Positions 33,310-50,288 of a DNA stretch of 64,000 bases are shown here, piece by piece (position 1 is the first letter of the stretch; each line of letters opens with the position of its first letter). This DNA comes from the human T2T-CHM13v2.0 reference genome, Homo sapiens. Location of the stretch: assembly GCF_009914755.1 (NCBI RefSeq), contig NC_060926.1. One strand, given 5' to 3'. The position numbers and the translations under genes were made by a program. The notes under the pieces were generated by a model. The model did not search any database. It saw only the letters and a program-made list of their open reading frames with translations, and had not been told where the DNA came from.

Positions 33310-33430
33310 AAACAGAGATGAGGTCTCGCTACATTGACCAGTCTGGTTTTGAATTCCTGTGTTCAAGCAATCCTCCTGCCTCGGCCTCCCAAAGTGCTAG
33401 GATTGCAGACATGAGGCACCATGCCCGGCC
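33310..33430 (-). mobile_element. FLAM/Alu monomer
   Basis: agagatgaggtctcgct...ccatgcccggcc. Confidence 0.8.
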
Positions 33431-33932
33431 TTCCTATGCACTTTTTGAAATGAAAATAATTGGTAAACATGAAGCATGTGGCTTCAAAGTGCCAGTTTTC
33501 CTGCTTATTAGCATTTAAACTCAAGTATTCACATATGAAAGATATTTACCTTACCTGAGTAGATAACAAAATTCGGTTAGCTTCCTGGAAGCTTCAGCTC
33601 ACAGCTCACAAAATTACTAAAATTTATGAATGTGTTTAGTTAGAGATTTCACTGATAGGTTATAAATCAAAAATAAAATTCTAAGCCCCCCCCCACCATC
33701 GTCCCTGCCAGGGCATTCCAAAATTAACCTGAAAAACTGGTTCAGGCCGTAACAGGAAGGGAAGGTCATGCCTCGTTATAACCTCTTAGAATTCAGGAAA
33801 AGCCAACCAACATTTAATATTAATACAGCCCTTAAGTCTGATAAGAAACATTTACAGTCTATTCTCTCTGAAGCCTACCTAAAGACTTCATCTGCACAAT
33901 AAAACTTTGGTCTCCACAACCCCATATCATAA

Positions 33933-34272
<340 letters not shown>

Positions 34273-34366
34273 TGCCTGTCAGAAAACTTTTAAATCTGCC
34301 TATAACCTGGAAGCCCCCACCTACCTTCAAGTTGTCCTGCCTTTCCCTACTGAACCAATGTATATC

Positions 34367-34672
34367 TTTTTTTTTTTTTTTTTTGAGATGGAGTCTCGCT
34401 CTGTCACCCAGGCTGGAGTGCAGTGGTGCCATGTCAGCTTGCGGCAAGCTCCACCGCCTGCGTTCACGCCATTCTCCTGCCTCAGCCTTCCAAGTAGCTG
34501 GGACTACAGGCGCCTGCTACCATGCCTGGCTAATTTTTTATATTCTTAGTAGAGATGGGGTTTCACCGGGTTAGCCAGGATGCCAGGATGGTCTCGATCT
34601 CCTGACCTCGTGATCCGCCTGCCTCGGCCTCCCAAAGTGCTGGGATTACAGGCATGAGCCACCGCGCCTGGC
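34367..34672 (-). mobile_element. AluY nested in the LTR
   Basis: 16-bp TSD aaccaatgtatatctt at 34353-34368 and 34675-34690. Confidence 0.92.
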
Positions 34673-35063
34673 TAAACCAATGTATATCTTAACATGTATT
34701 TGATTGATGTCTCATATCACCCTTAAATGTATAAAACTATGCTGTGCCTCGACCACCTTGGCCACATGTTCTCTGAGAGCTCTCTCACCATGGGCCATGG
34801 TCACTCATATTTGGCTCAGAATAAATCTCTTCAAATATTTTACAGAGTTTGACTCTTTGTAGACAAGGTAAAAAATTGGTATCTTTGAGTCTTCAATTCT
34901 ACCTTGAATGCACTAAGCCACGTTAAACCATACCACTAAGCTTTAAAAAAAAAAAATCCTTCAAGCCCTTTTCTCTCTTCTAAATATTTCTTTTAATTTA
35001 AGAGGGAAATGGTCCCTTTCCCAGATATTAGTTATAGTGCTTTAAAATGAAAAGAAACTTATT

Positions 35064-35367
35064 GGCCGGATACAGTGGCTCATGCCTGTAATCCCAGCAC
35101 GTTGGGAGGACAAGGCGAGGGGATCACCTGAGGTCAGGAGTTCAAGACCAGCCTGATCAACACGGCGAAACCCTATCTCTACTAAAAATACAGAAAATTA
35201 TCTGGGCGTGGTGGCACACGCCTGTAGTCCCAGCTACTTGGGAGGCTGAGACACGAGAATCGCTTGAACCCGGAGGCGGAGGTTGCAGTGAGCCGAGATA
35301 GTGCCACACCACTCCATCCACTCCAGTCTGGGTGACAGAGTGAGACTCCGTCTCAAAAAAAAAAAAA
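35064..35367 (+). mobile_element. AluS
   Basis: sense dimer. Confidence 0.9.
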
Positions 35368-35451
35368 GCCTACCATCACGATTCTTTTTATTGGCTTACA
35401 TTAGTGGTGGAATTTTTTCCATCTGAATAATTAAAAATGAAACTTGACTCA

Positions 35452-35814
<363 letters not shown>

Positions 35815-37009
35815 TCATGAATGAATTTTTAGTAACTTGTAAGCTATGGGCTGAAACTTTTAGGCAGCCAACCTAATTCTGTCATCTACTCAGGTAAGAG
35901 AAACAGAATTTATATGTGAATACTTGAGTTTAAAGGCCAATAAGTAGTGATTTTGTTTTTCTAGTCTTGTCCTGTTTTTTCCATCCCATCCATTTTCTTC
36001 CTGCACACTGCACTACTATTAAATACCTCTTGCCAAAATTTGGTTTTTGTCATGTTCAAGACTTACTTTTAATGTATTTGTTCACTTATTCATTCTGCAG
36101 ATATTTAGTGCCTACTCTGATCTGGGCAGTGCTCAACTCTGAATTCTTCCAACCAGCTGTGCATGCTGCCATCCTCTCTCTTATGCAGCCTTAAGTTTGT
36201 CTGTCCATGGTTCCCATCTTTGCTTTATATCCCTGGTCTTACCACGCTCTTCTGAAGTACCCATCCTTTCCTTCAAATACTTTTAGGAAAAAGGTCTGAT
36301 AATAGTGATTTATAATGTAGTTGGATTTAAGTCGTTGTTTTACGTCTCAAGAGGCATTTACATTTTGACTTTTCCTATAAATGTGAATGAAAAGATACCT
36401 CTTTCAAAAAATTTAGAGCTTCCCTGTGCAAGTGTTGGAGGTCTCAGGGAGGAGAGTTCTCCCTGCTGGTTCTTTTGAATCACACCAAATGAATGGCTTG
36501 CTACTGTTCCCTCACACCTTCATATTGTCCATGGTTTTTCCCACCTCCTTAGCTATACAGCTGCTGTTCCTCCTGCCTAAAATGTCTGAACATTCCCTCA
36601 GTGTTCAGCTCAGCCCACATCTTACATCTTCCCTAAGGATGTTTTTCTGCTGCTATCATTCATTTTCTTCCTATGAGTTCCTCTGTTATATTGCGTCACC
36701 ATCACTGAGGTTGGCATTTCTTCATTCTTTGTTTCAATTGACTCATTTCCTTTCTCCCAACTTAGTGTCTTCTTCAAGAACACTGATCCTGTATTTCTGT
36801 TTTCTATTTAAACAGTGCCTAGCAAAGAGACAGGAATGGCAGTCAATGAATACCCAAATAGACATGAGAATATGTCTAGGCCCATGTATATTTATGTATA
36901 TTTTATCTAGCAGCATTTTGCTAAATGAATTTATCCTTCATTAGAAGAAGAAAACATATCATACTTAAGGACCATTATTAAAAATTCTTAAAAGTAAAAA
37001 AATAGACCT

Positions 37010-37320
37010 GTCTGGGCACAGTGGCACATGCCCGTAATCTCATTACTTTGGGAGGCTGAGGTGGGAGGACTGCTTGAGGCCAGGAGTTTAAGGCCAGCCC
37101 AGATAACATAGTAAGACCCCATCTCTAAAATCAAAAAAGAAATTAAAAATTAGCCAGGCACAGTGGTATGCACCTGTAGTCCCAGCAACTCAGGAGGCTG
37201 AGGTGTGGGAGGATAGTGTGAGCCCAGAAGTTCAAGGCTGTGGTGAGCTAGGATCACTCCATGCACACCAGCGTTATGACAAAGCAAGACTCCATCTCAA
37301 AAAAAAAAGAAAAAGAACAA
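37010..37320 (+). mobile_element. AluJ ending ~60 nt upstream of exon 18
   Basis: diverged sense dimer. Confidence 0.86.
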
Positions 37321-37379
37321 CTTTTTTTTTCTATAAATGCTAATATCTGAAGAAAATTTTGATTTTTACTTCTTAACAG

Positions 37380-37468
37380 GTGGTTTGTTCTGGATGCAGA
37401 AACCAGAGATCTAGTTTCTATCCACACAGACGGGAATGAACAGCTCTCTGTGATGCGCTACTCAATAG
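37380..37468 (+). CDS. EML4: EML4 exon 18 (89 nt)
   Basis: taacag acceptor; WFVLDAETRDLVSIHTDGNEQLSVMRYSI; phase-1 donor gtaggc. Confidence 0.96.
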
Positions 37469-38844
37469 GTAGGCAAATTTACTCCCACCTCCCAAGCATG
37501 GCATTCACAGCACTTCACTGCAATTGCATAGTTTTACTTCTAATAAGGCTGACTACTTTTTTCTCTCTTTAGAGTTGTTAAGTATTAAATCTGTTTCCCC
37601 CAACATCAAATTAAATTCTGCTGCCAGAAACTGCAAAAGATCTGCTGAAGTTTAAACAACATTCTGAATCATCAAATTTAAAATGGACAGCTGCATTTGC
37701 AATTGAAAGCAGAATAAAGTGCAGTCAGATCCCCTTTTTCCGGAACTACACATACTTAGAATTTTGAATAGGTATTAGGCTAAATGTCACATCTGGTTAG
37801 CAAGCTTTTCTTTATTTATAAGAGAATGTAAAAGAAATTACAGCGAAATTCAAACTACGCAAATTGTATAGGCCCTTCAAGTCCTTTAGAATCTAGTGCA
37901 TTGTTTCGGTTACATAGTAATGATTGGTTTGTTAATTAAATACTTAGCAATTCTCTATAAGAATTTGATATATTCCTTTAGCCTGCTTGAGAATAATTAT
38001 TTGTACTTTATTCACAATATTAAGTTTCTGTGATAATACTCCAGTTACCTTTTCTTGTTATTAATGTAGCTTTGATTCACACCACTCTTCCCTGGAGTTA
38101 GTCTGACATTGTCTTTATTTGAAAATATATGCCAATAGTTGTTGCATTAGCACAGGATCCAGAGAATCTTTTTGATTGCTTCTCAGTTGTTTCAAAGGAA
38201 GCACAGAGAGTAGTATTCTTTAAATTGAACAAGGAAGGAAAAGTATGTACTTTAAGCTATAAGCCTTTTGAGTCCTCATGAAGCACAAAAATTTTAACAT
38301 TTTTCTGGGGTTTGTTTTGTTTTATTGTTTTTTAGTGTTGTAGTAGCAAATAACCACTGCAAATATAGCTGTCGAATTCCAGAGATGACGTGGACTTTAT
38401 TGACCATTTGTTACATGCTTAGCACTGTGGTGGGTACAGGGAAGGACACCACAAAAGAAAGGAATATGGTGTCTTCCCAAGAGCACCTGTTCTGTAATTG
38501 GACAGATCATATATGCTAGATGAACTAAGCCCCTGTCCACTCAGCCTGCCATGTAAACACTGTACCCTTCCACCCAAGAAGGCAGGATAACCTCTGGAGC
38601 CGGTTTTCAACTAACTAGAAGATGAGGCCTAGAGTCCAAGGCCTGTAAGCATCTCCAAGAAGGGATTGTGTATTAGACTGGATGACCATTTATTTTTCAA
38701 ATGTACTTAGTGGATAGGATTCATTCATTAATTGCCAAATAGTTAAATTGATGAGATTTAACAGCATTTGTAAAATCAGTAAAATAACAGTAAATAAATT
38801 TATCAGTATATTTCTCTAGTCAACACTGACCTATTTTATTCTAG

Positions 38845-38942
38845 ATGGTACCTTCCTGGCTGTAGGATCTCATGACAACTTTATTTACCTCTATGTAGTC
38901 TCTGAAAATGGAAGAAAATATAGCAGATATGGAAGGTGCACT
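38845..38942 (+). CDS. EML4: EML4 exon 19 (98 nt)
   Basis: ttctag acceptor; (D)GTFLAVGSHDNFIYLYVVSENGRKYSRYGRCT; donor gtaagt. Confidence 0.97.
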
Positions 38943-40111
38943 GTAAGTAGTGAAGTAGAACAAGTTGTAAAATTATTGGGAAATTTTACTTCCGTTAAAA
39001 ACAAATTTTTACATCGATGTGTGTGTTGTTTCCTGTCGTTAGCTGCTTTAATCTCTGTCTTTGAAAACTGGAACTGGTAATACATGATAGCAGAACATTA
39101 GAGTTCCCTGTGTGCTCTAAAAAGACATCTCCTTTTGATGGGGGTGTAATATTTGTCACTCTGTGACTAGTTTTAAAACAGTTTCTTAAAGCTATTTCCA
39201 TAGGAAACCTTTAGAATAACACTTTTTGAAAATTGAATGAGTCAGAAATAAAAGAACATCTCATGTTTAATCTTAACTCCTATGATTCTGCCCACCTCAA
39301 CACCCTACAACATCCTATATCACTTCTCTGCCACTGAAAATAAAAGAATGTATATGGATATTTGTCTGCATTTAAGAGAGTTAACAGAAAGGATGTTTCC
39401 TGTAATTTATTGCCTACTTCTGCCTTAATTGGGTTATAATTATAGAATGAAAATTGGATTAAATTTCTGTAAGCATGACAAGTACTGAATGTACAGCAGG
39501 TATTCCCCTAGCAAACAAAATGGCTTAGGCACCAGGAATATGTACAACATGTGTTCCTTTGTCCTCAAGAAGTACAGTCCAACTCAGGCCAGGAAGAGAA
39601 AGGTAGGCAGTGTAGCATAGTGGTTAAGAGCACAGACTCTGAGCCAGACTACCTGAATTTGAATTCTTTAACACTCTTTACCACAAAACAGTTCATTTTA
39701 GGGAAACAGATAAAAGAATTAGTTTTTAGAAGCATATACATCTTGTAATAAGCAAAATAAACTTCAATATGGGTCTGAAATTTATTTTGCTTATTATATT
39801 TAAGCAAAAACTAGGCCATGTACTATTTGAGGAAGCAGACTTATTTGCCTTTTTGCATATTTTATACCATATATTAAAACCAGAGTCCATTTGTAAACTA
39901 GTCTACAAACAACTTCAGAGTTTAGAATTTGTCCAAAATATTTTTGTTTGCCTTGACAATAATGAATCATTATCCATTAATTTATTTAAATCTATCTTTT
40001 AATTTATCAACTTAATGTTTGTCTTATGGAATAGTACACAACATGATTAAATGAGATATTCCACCAAAAGAAGTTTTCAGATCACTGAAGTTTACCCTAC
40101 CAGACCCCCAA

Positions 40112-40424
40112 TTTTTTTTTGTTTTGTTTTGTTTTCTGTTTTTTTAATCTTGTTTTCACTTTTGAGACAGGGTCTTACTCTGTCACCCAGGCTGGAGTGC
40201 AGTGCCTCAAACTCCTGGGCTGAAGCAATTCTCCTGCCTCAGCCTCCTGACTAGCTGGCACCATAGGTGTGTGCCACCTTGCCCGGCTCACTTTTTTTAT
40301 TTTTCATAGAGCTGAGGTCTCCCTATGTTGTCCAGGCTGGTCTCAAACTCCTGGCCTCAAGCAGTCCTCCCACCTCAGCCTCCCGAAGTGATGAGATTAG
40401 GCATGAGCCACTGCACCTGTCCGG
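40112..40424 (-). mobile_element. AluJ with internal deletion
   Basis: antisense dimer. Confidence 0.85.
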
Positions 40425-41640
40425 TTTTTAATCTCAACCTTTTTTAAAAAAAAAGTCCATACCTTAATAAACAGTATATCAAATATGACTTAATCTTGTA
40501 GAATCAAGATTTTACAGGTAGCCCTGTAGCACTTAGCCCACTTTTCAGAGAAGATTAATGACTTGTCATTGGTGTCATCTTGTGACGTAATGGCAGATCA
40601 AGGACTTGAACACAATTCTACTAACTCTTAGTAGAGCCGACTTTCCAATGTACAGTAATGCCTCAGGTTTTTCATTTCGTGTCTTATTTTACTGTACAAC
40701 TGATCCAGAAGAGAGAGCAATGTGTGACATGGAATAATCAGAATGACTTGGAAGTATTGAGAAATGGCAAGTTTGTCAAATGCATGAGACTTGTCCTAAT
40801 CCAGTTAGGCAGTTCTTTGAAGCGTTTGAAGAAAGTATTAATTTGAGATACCCATAGGAACTGTTAAAAGTTTGCAGTACCGTTTGAGGTTGTAATGAAA
40901 GGTTCAACTATTCTGCGTTCCTAATTGTCTTCGGTTTTGTGCTTTGCTTCTAGCTTTCCGTTCTTGCTGCCTATTTCCACCGGCTGGTCTTATAGTCAGT
41001 CCCCTGCTTTTATCTATTGTCTGCTGTTATATAGGACAGGCAAAACTGGGTCAACACTGTCTCTGCTGCTTACTAGTTTGTGACTTTAGGCAAGTTAACT
41101 TCTCAGAGTTTTAATTTTATTATCTTAAAACTGGAGTTTATAATAGTTCGTACTTTATAGCATTGTTGTAAAGATGAGGTCTTTTTAAAACATAACAACT
41201 AGAACTACTCTCAAAGTTCCAAATACAAATGCTATTTTCTGTTTCTAGTAATTTTCCTGTTAACTACTCAACATTTAGGTGACTGTTATAGCTGCAGAAG
41301 CACAGTACGCTTAGAGCTTTAGGAAGTGTCACTAATAAACTATGATATCTCTAATTAAATGTCTATAAATTATAAATGTCTCTAATAAAAATAATAAAGT
41401 AAATCTTATAACTTACAATCTAACAAATTATAAGTTATATGCATTTGGAGTCTCTCTTCACAGTAGCTCTCTTTATGTGGAAATGTCAGTTGAAAAGATG
41501 GCTGGTACCCAACGATGTGAAACAGCACTTCTTGGTAGAGGGCAGCTAGCTGATGCATGGGTCCCTTAATGAATGATGACATCATTATAGTCCAGGGCCT
41601 TGCTCTCAACTTCATAAGCTAAGAAACAAGCTTATTATTA

Positions 41641-41763
41641 CTCACACCTGTAATCCCAGCACTTTGGGAGGCCAAGATGGGAGGGTCACTGGAGTCCAGG
41701 AGTTTGACACCAGCCTGGGCAATTAACCAAGACCCTGTCTGTATTTTAAAAAAAAAAAAAAAA
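41641..41763 (+). mobile_element. FLAM/Alu monomer
   Basis: ctcacacctgtaatcccagc...A-tail. Confidence 0.82.
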
Positions 41764-42496
41764 GCTGTGCTTAATTTGCTCCAGAGTCATCTGACCTAGT
41801 TTTGAACCCTGGGTACACCAATTTTTTGTTAAGTAACTTCAGAAAAGTTACTTAACCTATCTATGCATCCTAACCATCTCACCTACTAAGTGGACATCCT
41901 CATTAAGGTTGCCATGAGATTTAGATGTGATGATGTATGCAAGGTACTTAGTAAATATTAGGTATTATTATTAGCATTATTTTCCATGACTAGATGAGCC
42001 TGGGTTGTACCTACGGGTATTTTTCAGCATTTAACAGTAATCTATTAAAATTCAAAAATAGTTTTACAATGATGAGCATTGTGTATTTTCCTTGAAAGAT
42101 TTTAAGTGTCCTGATTGACCTAAAGTTTCTACTCAGTTTTCAGTGGAATATTAAGGTTGTTTTATTATGTACCTGAGTGTCAACATAATGGCTTTCTGCT
42201 TGACTCAAATTCCTGTGTACCTTTTAACACTGTTACTCGAAGATCTTAGCCCAGGAGACAGTATATTTAAGTTGCAGTGATATCCTAAAAAGCATTACAA
42301 AATCTCTTGGAGTAGGCAAGAAGTGCTGGTAAAAGTAAGTTTGCTTTTTTGCCAGGATTTGGTTAATTGGAAATACACATCAAAAAGAGGGGGAAAAAAA
42401 GAGTAAACACTTTATCTACCTAGAAATCGCCAAGAAAATAAATCCTGAAGTTAATGCAGGATTTCAGTAAGGTAATAGAATTCAGTATCACTGTGA

Positions 42497-42817
<321 letters not shown>

Positions 42818-42849
42818 GTAGTACCTATTCACTTGAACACATCAGGGAT

Positions 42850-43170
42850 ATGGTCTCATTTAAAAGAGGCCATCAAGAACTCGGATCCTTTCTTTCTAAG
42901 CCATCTTATTAGTATGTTGCTTCCATCCTCAACATCATAACATGCTGCTGGAACTCCAGCCATCATCACCTAGTTCCAAGCAGAAGGGATTAGAGCAAGT
43001 GACAAAAGAGCACTCCTTCCACTAAGTCAGTTCTCAGAGTTTTCCTGGAAGCCCCACACAATGACTTCTGCCACCCCTAACTTCAAAGGAGCTGGGAAAT
43101 AATAGTGTTCTAGCTGGTCACTCAACAGAAGGGGGATAATGTGGATTGGAGAGGCAACTAGCAGGCTACA
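42850..43170. mobile_element. MLT1-type (ERVL-MaLR) LTR fragment
   Basis: gctgctggaactccagccatca, gccacccctaacttcaaaggagctgggaaat and attggagaggcaactagcag motifs. Confidence 0.6.
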
Positions 43171-43631
43171 CTCTAGTCACTAGGTAAAGACCACTTTTCC
43201 TCAAACCAGCAAACACATATCAAAAATGTGGGAGAAAAAATGCATTCACAATAGCAACAAAAACTAGATGCTTTGAGAATAAACATAGCAACAAAAGCAC
43301 AGGAAGCTGTGTGAAACATTGCTGAAAGACATAACTAAGATCTGAAAGAATTAGACATAGCATGTTTCTAGATAACCTGATAAAGATATGTTTTCTACAA
43401 ACTTCTCTAAGTTTGATATGATCTTCAGATTTTCAACATATTTATGGGATTAATAAAATAGTTCTAGTTCATCTGAAATTTTCCACGTATCACAGAACTA
43501 TCATGGTTGGGAATAAGCAGATAGACTGATGGAACAGAAAAGCATCCAGGAACAGATTTATGTTTTTATGAAGTTTACTAAGTAATAAAAACGGTATTTC
43601 AAATCAGTAGAGAAAGAATAGACTTCTCTAC

Positions 43632-43819
43632 CTGTATTTTCCAATATGGCAATTACTAGCCACAACTTTCTGTTCATATCATTAAAGGCAATTCAGTTCC
43701 CTGAGAGTGCAGCAACGTTTCAGTTACTTAGAAACCACAGGGGACTAGTTGCTACTGCATTGGACTGCACTGATACAGATATTTTTTATCACTGCAGAAA
43801 GTTCCACTGAACAGCATAG
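43632..43819 (-). mobile_element. MER3-like (hAT-Charlie) DNA transposon
   Basis: ccaatatggcaattactagccaca...attcagttcc...gcagaaagttccactgaacagc. Confidence 0.7.
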
Positions 43820-45074
43820 CTCTAAATGGACAAAAGTTAGGTCCTAAATTGAGACCTTGGTTGCTTGGTTGCTTGGTTGTTTTTTAACTCCCCAGGTAAT
43901 TTTAAACCAGTTGCAAACCACTGATTCAGGTGATAATCATGATGCAGTTGACAAAGATTTAACTCAAATATTTCTGAATTTTTTCTTCATAGCCATATTC
44001 TTTCACTTTGTCACTTGGGATTATTTTTGTGGTAACGCCATATGGCTATTTAATGACAATAATGAAAGGGCCAGCTTAGAATACTTTTTTGTTTGTCTTC
44101 AAGGAGATATACTAGAATTTGCTCCTGTGTTTGTGCCCATGGAGTAAAGTTTGAGGCTTTTTTCTAAGCTGTGCATACACTTTGCATTAGCCTGTGAGTT
44201 GGGTAGAGGAAGGACACTGAGGTGATTTGTGGGGAGGGTAACATAGACCCCAACAGCTGCATTTCATCTTTTCTTTGCTTATTTATTGGAATTGATGCCA
44301 GGCAGAAAATACTTTCATTTCTAAATATGAGTTAATAACTTTCCTAAGATCTTTTCTAAATTTGGGGACTTCTCCTACTCAAGAGTCCTTTTTGAGAATA
44401 CTTTATGTTGATTTACCTTCTGAAAATAATCTGTGTCCAACATAGATGTTTTTGCATGAATATTATGTATATATACAATGCTTTTGATGCTCTTCTAATT
44501 GAACTATTGAAAGCTTTGCACAAAGCTTTGCACAAAGATGCAGATAGTATTTTTAAATACTATTCCATTAGGGTGAAATTCTCAGAGGCCTGTACTTTGC
44601 CATGACCAATCTTGTTAAATCTTCATCCACGTAGCAAGTTTTAATTTCAGAAGCATGGCTTCCCCAGACGCCAGAGCCAGGCTCATGTGCACTATGAAAA
44701 GGATGTATGAACCCTGCCATACTCAGAAAATAGCCAACATCCATGTGCATCTTGCTGTCTCTGAAAATTGATTTCTTAAGTTAGTAGGTCCCCTGTATGC
44801 CTAGCAAGTGATTCCCAACGTGTTTTCCAATATACCGCTTAATTCTAGTGATTTCAGAAAGCTTCACTTCTCAGATTCATATAATTTAAATTGGTTTAAA
44901 TATGTTTATTTCCCATACAGCACTATGGTGGAGATTATGGCTCCAGAAAGGTTTGGGGACACATCGGTAGACTTCAGAAGGGTACTAAAAGAATTAGAGT
45001 CATTGTTCTAATGTAAATCATTAAAAACTATCCCTAAGGTACACTGAATTTGTTAACTTACAAAATAAAATCCT

Positions 45075-46048
<974 letters not shown>

Positions 46049-46887
46049 GTTAGTAATTGAAAAAGCACAGTAGAAATTAAATGTGTTTGACCACAGACTG
46101 TAGGAGGTAAAAGCAAATTCAAGTCTCTGTCAGCTTTGGTGAACCATAAGATCTGTGTAATTTATCTGAAATAGTTTATTGGAAATGCTTAAGTGCTTAT
46201 ACGTGAAGCCAACAAAAATTAGTGTTTCGTAGTTTTTTTGTTTTAATTCCCACAGTGTGAAAACCTAAGCAGAAAAAGATCGTTGTTTCCTGCTTAAGGA
46301 ATGTTTTAAGGAATCATGATTTTATTGAGACCTACTGTTCTGATGGAGTACAGCGTTGGGTGAATTTTCCCCAAAACATTCTTTAGAGATAGTCTTTCTA
46401 GGATACCTCCATAGACCATATACGGGTGCTGTATTCCTCAGCTTCTGAGTTGTACCATGGATAATTCAGAAGTAGCCCAGGAAAACTGTATTCCTGATGC
46501 CTTATGCACAACTTATAACCAACACTTCATTCTCAAAAATGGAGTCACTCTCATGGGGACACCAGTGACGTGAAATAAGGCCAGAGGGTGTGGTATGTGT
46601 TGCAATGTCCTGTAAGATACAAGTTTAAGAGACTGTCTTTCTTGGAAGTGTCTAATACAGGTAGTAGGTGCTAGTTTCTGGTATCTAGATAGGCCAGAAA
46701 GTTTCTCCCAGGTTTCAAGTGCTGAGGATTTGCTGTGAGCCTGCTCAGTTTTAGAGGGTGTGACACTGCTTCCTCTCCTTTAGAAATTCCAACAAATGTG
46801 TATTCAGAAACAGTATTGGCTAGCTGTTGAACTGTTTATCATTCAGAACTCTAAATGCTTTCTAACAATTTATCTGTTATTTTCTAG

Positions 46888-46975
46888 GGACATTCCAGCT
46901 ACATCACACACCTTGACTGGTCCCCAGACAACAAGTATATAATGTCTAACTCGGGAGACTATGAAATATTGTACT
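46888..46975 (+). CDS. EML4: EML4 exon 20 (88 nt); last EML4 exon of EML4-ALK variant 2
   Basis: ttctag acceptor; GHSSYITHLDWSPDNKYIMSNSGDYEILY; phase-1 donor gtaagt. Confidence 0.97.
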
Positions 46976-46992
46976 GTAAGTATGAATGATTT

Positions 46993-47042
46993 TATATATA
47001 TATATATATGCTATGATTATATATATATATATATATATATAT
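46993..47042. repeat. Bipartite (TA)n microsatellite in intron 20
   Basis: (TA)~8, spacer gctatgat, (TA)~12; starts 17 nt after the exon 20 donor. Confidence 0.95.
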
Positions 47043-47556
47043 GCTAAGATGTGTCTGTCAGGGGCGCTAATGAACAGGCTGCATGGAATCTGAATTGTGC
47101 AGAGAATGCTTGCCAACCTCTTTAACCTGACAAAGCATATGTTATGCTGAGCTAAGGTAATGAGAATCTCAAATGTGATTCACTTCTCCAAGAGTAATGA
47201 ATTAATGTTAATAGTGTAGAACAGAAGGCACATATAGTAATAAGAAATTACTCTGTCAAATTGATGCTGCTCTGAATGGTTTTTCATTTAATTACTTCTC
47301 CTGGAGGCAGGGAGGAATATGATAGATGGGCATTTATGCTTTTTAGAGGAAAAAAAAAACTTCCATGGGAAACAGTTTGTAGTTTTATAAACCCTGTTAA
47401 AGTGAACACTTTCTTTTCCTTTTTAAATGTGTCTTAATGTTTTTCAGTGTATGGATTATAAATACAAGTAAACGTGGCTAGTTTGAATCAAGATGCACTT
47501 TCAAATACATTTGTACACAAGCACTATGATTATACTTCCTGTTTCTAAATTTAAAG

Positions 47557-47655
47557 GGGACATTCCAAATGGCTGCAAACTAATCAGGAATCGATCGGAT
47601 TGTAAGGACATTGATTGGACGACATATACCTGTGTGCTAGGATTTCAAGTATTTG
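47557..47655 (+). CDS. EML4: EML4 exon 21 (99 nt)
   Basis: weak tttaaag acceptor; (W)DIPNGCKLIRNRSDCKDIDWTTYTCVLGFQVF; donor gtaagg. Confidence 0.96.
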
Positions 47656-47914
47656 GTAAGGAAATGACACCTGATGTAAAGAAGTGGTTTGTGGGTTTTT
47701 TATATATAATATTTACTTGCTTAAATTTATAAATGAAAAATAGTCTGTGTATTCTTTAGCTTTATCACTATTAATGTCAGCCTCAGAGAAATTAAATGTA
47801 TTAGGATTGAACCAACATGGGATTTGTATTTTGCAGAATCCAGCACTTTTGGTCCTTAATATGAAAGACAAGGAATTTACATAGTAGTACAGATTACCTT
47901 CCCGTTTTTCTTTA

Positions 47915-48960
<1,046 letters not shown>

Positions 48961-50288
48961 CAAAGGCATTTTTAGGAGAATTATATAAAGATAACTATGT
49001 GGGGCTTCTTCCTAATCTGACGTTTTGTAACTTTCTGGAAATCCGACCTCTATGACTGTTTTCTAAGCCTTCCTCAGTATTTAGGTATCCTTCTGAAAGG
49101 GTTAGAAGATAGATGGAAAAGTTAAAATAATAAAGCGTTATTTGCAAAGAATTAAAAAGAAGTGTTATGCTCAGGTAATTAAAATACTGGATATGGATGT
49201 GGCACCAATACCTAAAGCAATACACAAAAATTAATATTTTCTCTTTAACAATTTATCTCTGCCTTCTGAAAATTGGGTTCTCCAGCCTGATCATAGATCT
49301 GAACATTTCTTTATGCTATGTGCATTAGGAAAATAATCCATTATAGGTGGTTGTTCTAAACACAAGTGCTATCAAGACAGAGAAGCCTAATAGGCCAGGA
49401 AGGAATTAAAAACAAAATAATTCTGTCCATAAACAATTTCATTATTCTACGTGAAAATGAAGCAGTGACCCATAGCTGGTAGCTTCTGTGGTTATTTTAA
49501 TGAAGACATTATTTATTTAAATTATTAAGAGAGACCAATTTTAAAGTATTTTGACTTGTTTTTAGCAAATTTACCAAAAACATATTTGTTCTCTAGAGTA
49601 GCATTCAACCACAAGTGGCCAACATCTCAACCCTTAAATCTTCCATAGTTTCAATCTAGCCTAATAGAGGTTTGTGAAAATTATGTTCGACATGATCATT
49701 AGTGCTGCATAATGATTCAGAATAATTAAATTTGATGTGTCTTATCTTGGGACATAATCTTTCCAGGAAAATTACATGGGATAGCATGCTAAACTAGTGG
49801 ATGGCCTATGCTTTCTAAAAGAAATAATCTCTCTGAGGTTTTCTTGGAGGTGCTTGCCTGAAAGAAAACCTAGACTCCACTTCGAAGACTTGGTGTTACG
49901 GCTTTGTTTTTGAACCTTGTCTATACAAGTAACTGATTCCCTCCATCCAGAAACTTTAAAAAGGAAGAGCTTATTGCTGAGGTGTAAGTCAAGCTGAAAG
50001 TAAAATAAATTATTAGCACCACCTGCTGGTTACCATTGAGTACCATTGAGTCTTTAAGTTTTCCATTTTGGGGCTATTTTGGTTTTTTATTAGTTAGATT
50101 TTGGACAGGACTTGATTTGAATGAAGAACAGTGTGAGCCACTGAGAAATTTGTAAAGGAAATGTTAACAGCTAAGAGTTTGAACATAGATAAAAGCTAAA
50201 CAGATTCTAAAATAAAATAAACATATATAGCATCACAGTTATATTTCTTCAGCTAATTTTTCTGCATCCCTGTGTTTCCATATCAAAG

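Noticed and set aside
36426-36944. 172-aa intronic ORF, the longest in the track
   Set aside because: Non-ATG start, Leu/Phe/Ser-rich composition from pyrimidine-rich, probably L2-derived DNA, and no recognisable domain.
44510-44537. agctttgc resembling the U4 snRNA 5' end
   Set aside because: It is a 12-bp tandem duplication (aaagctttgcac), and the match does not extend.
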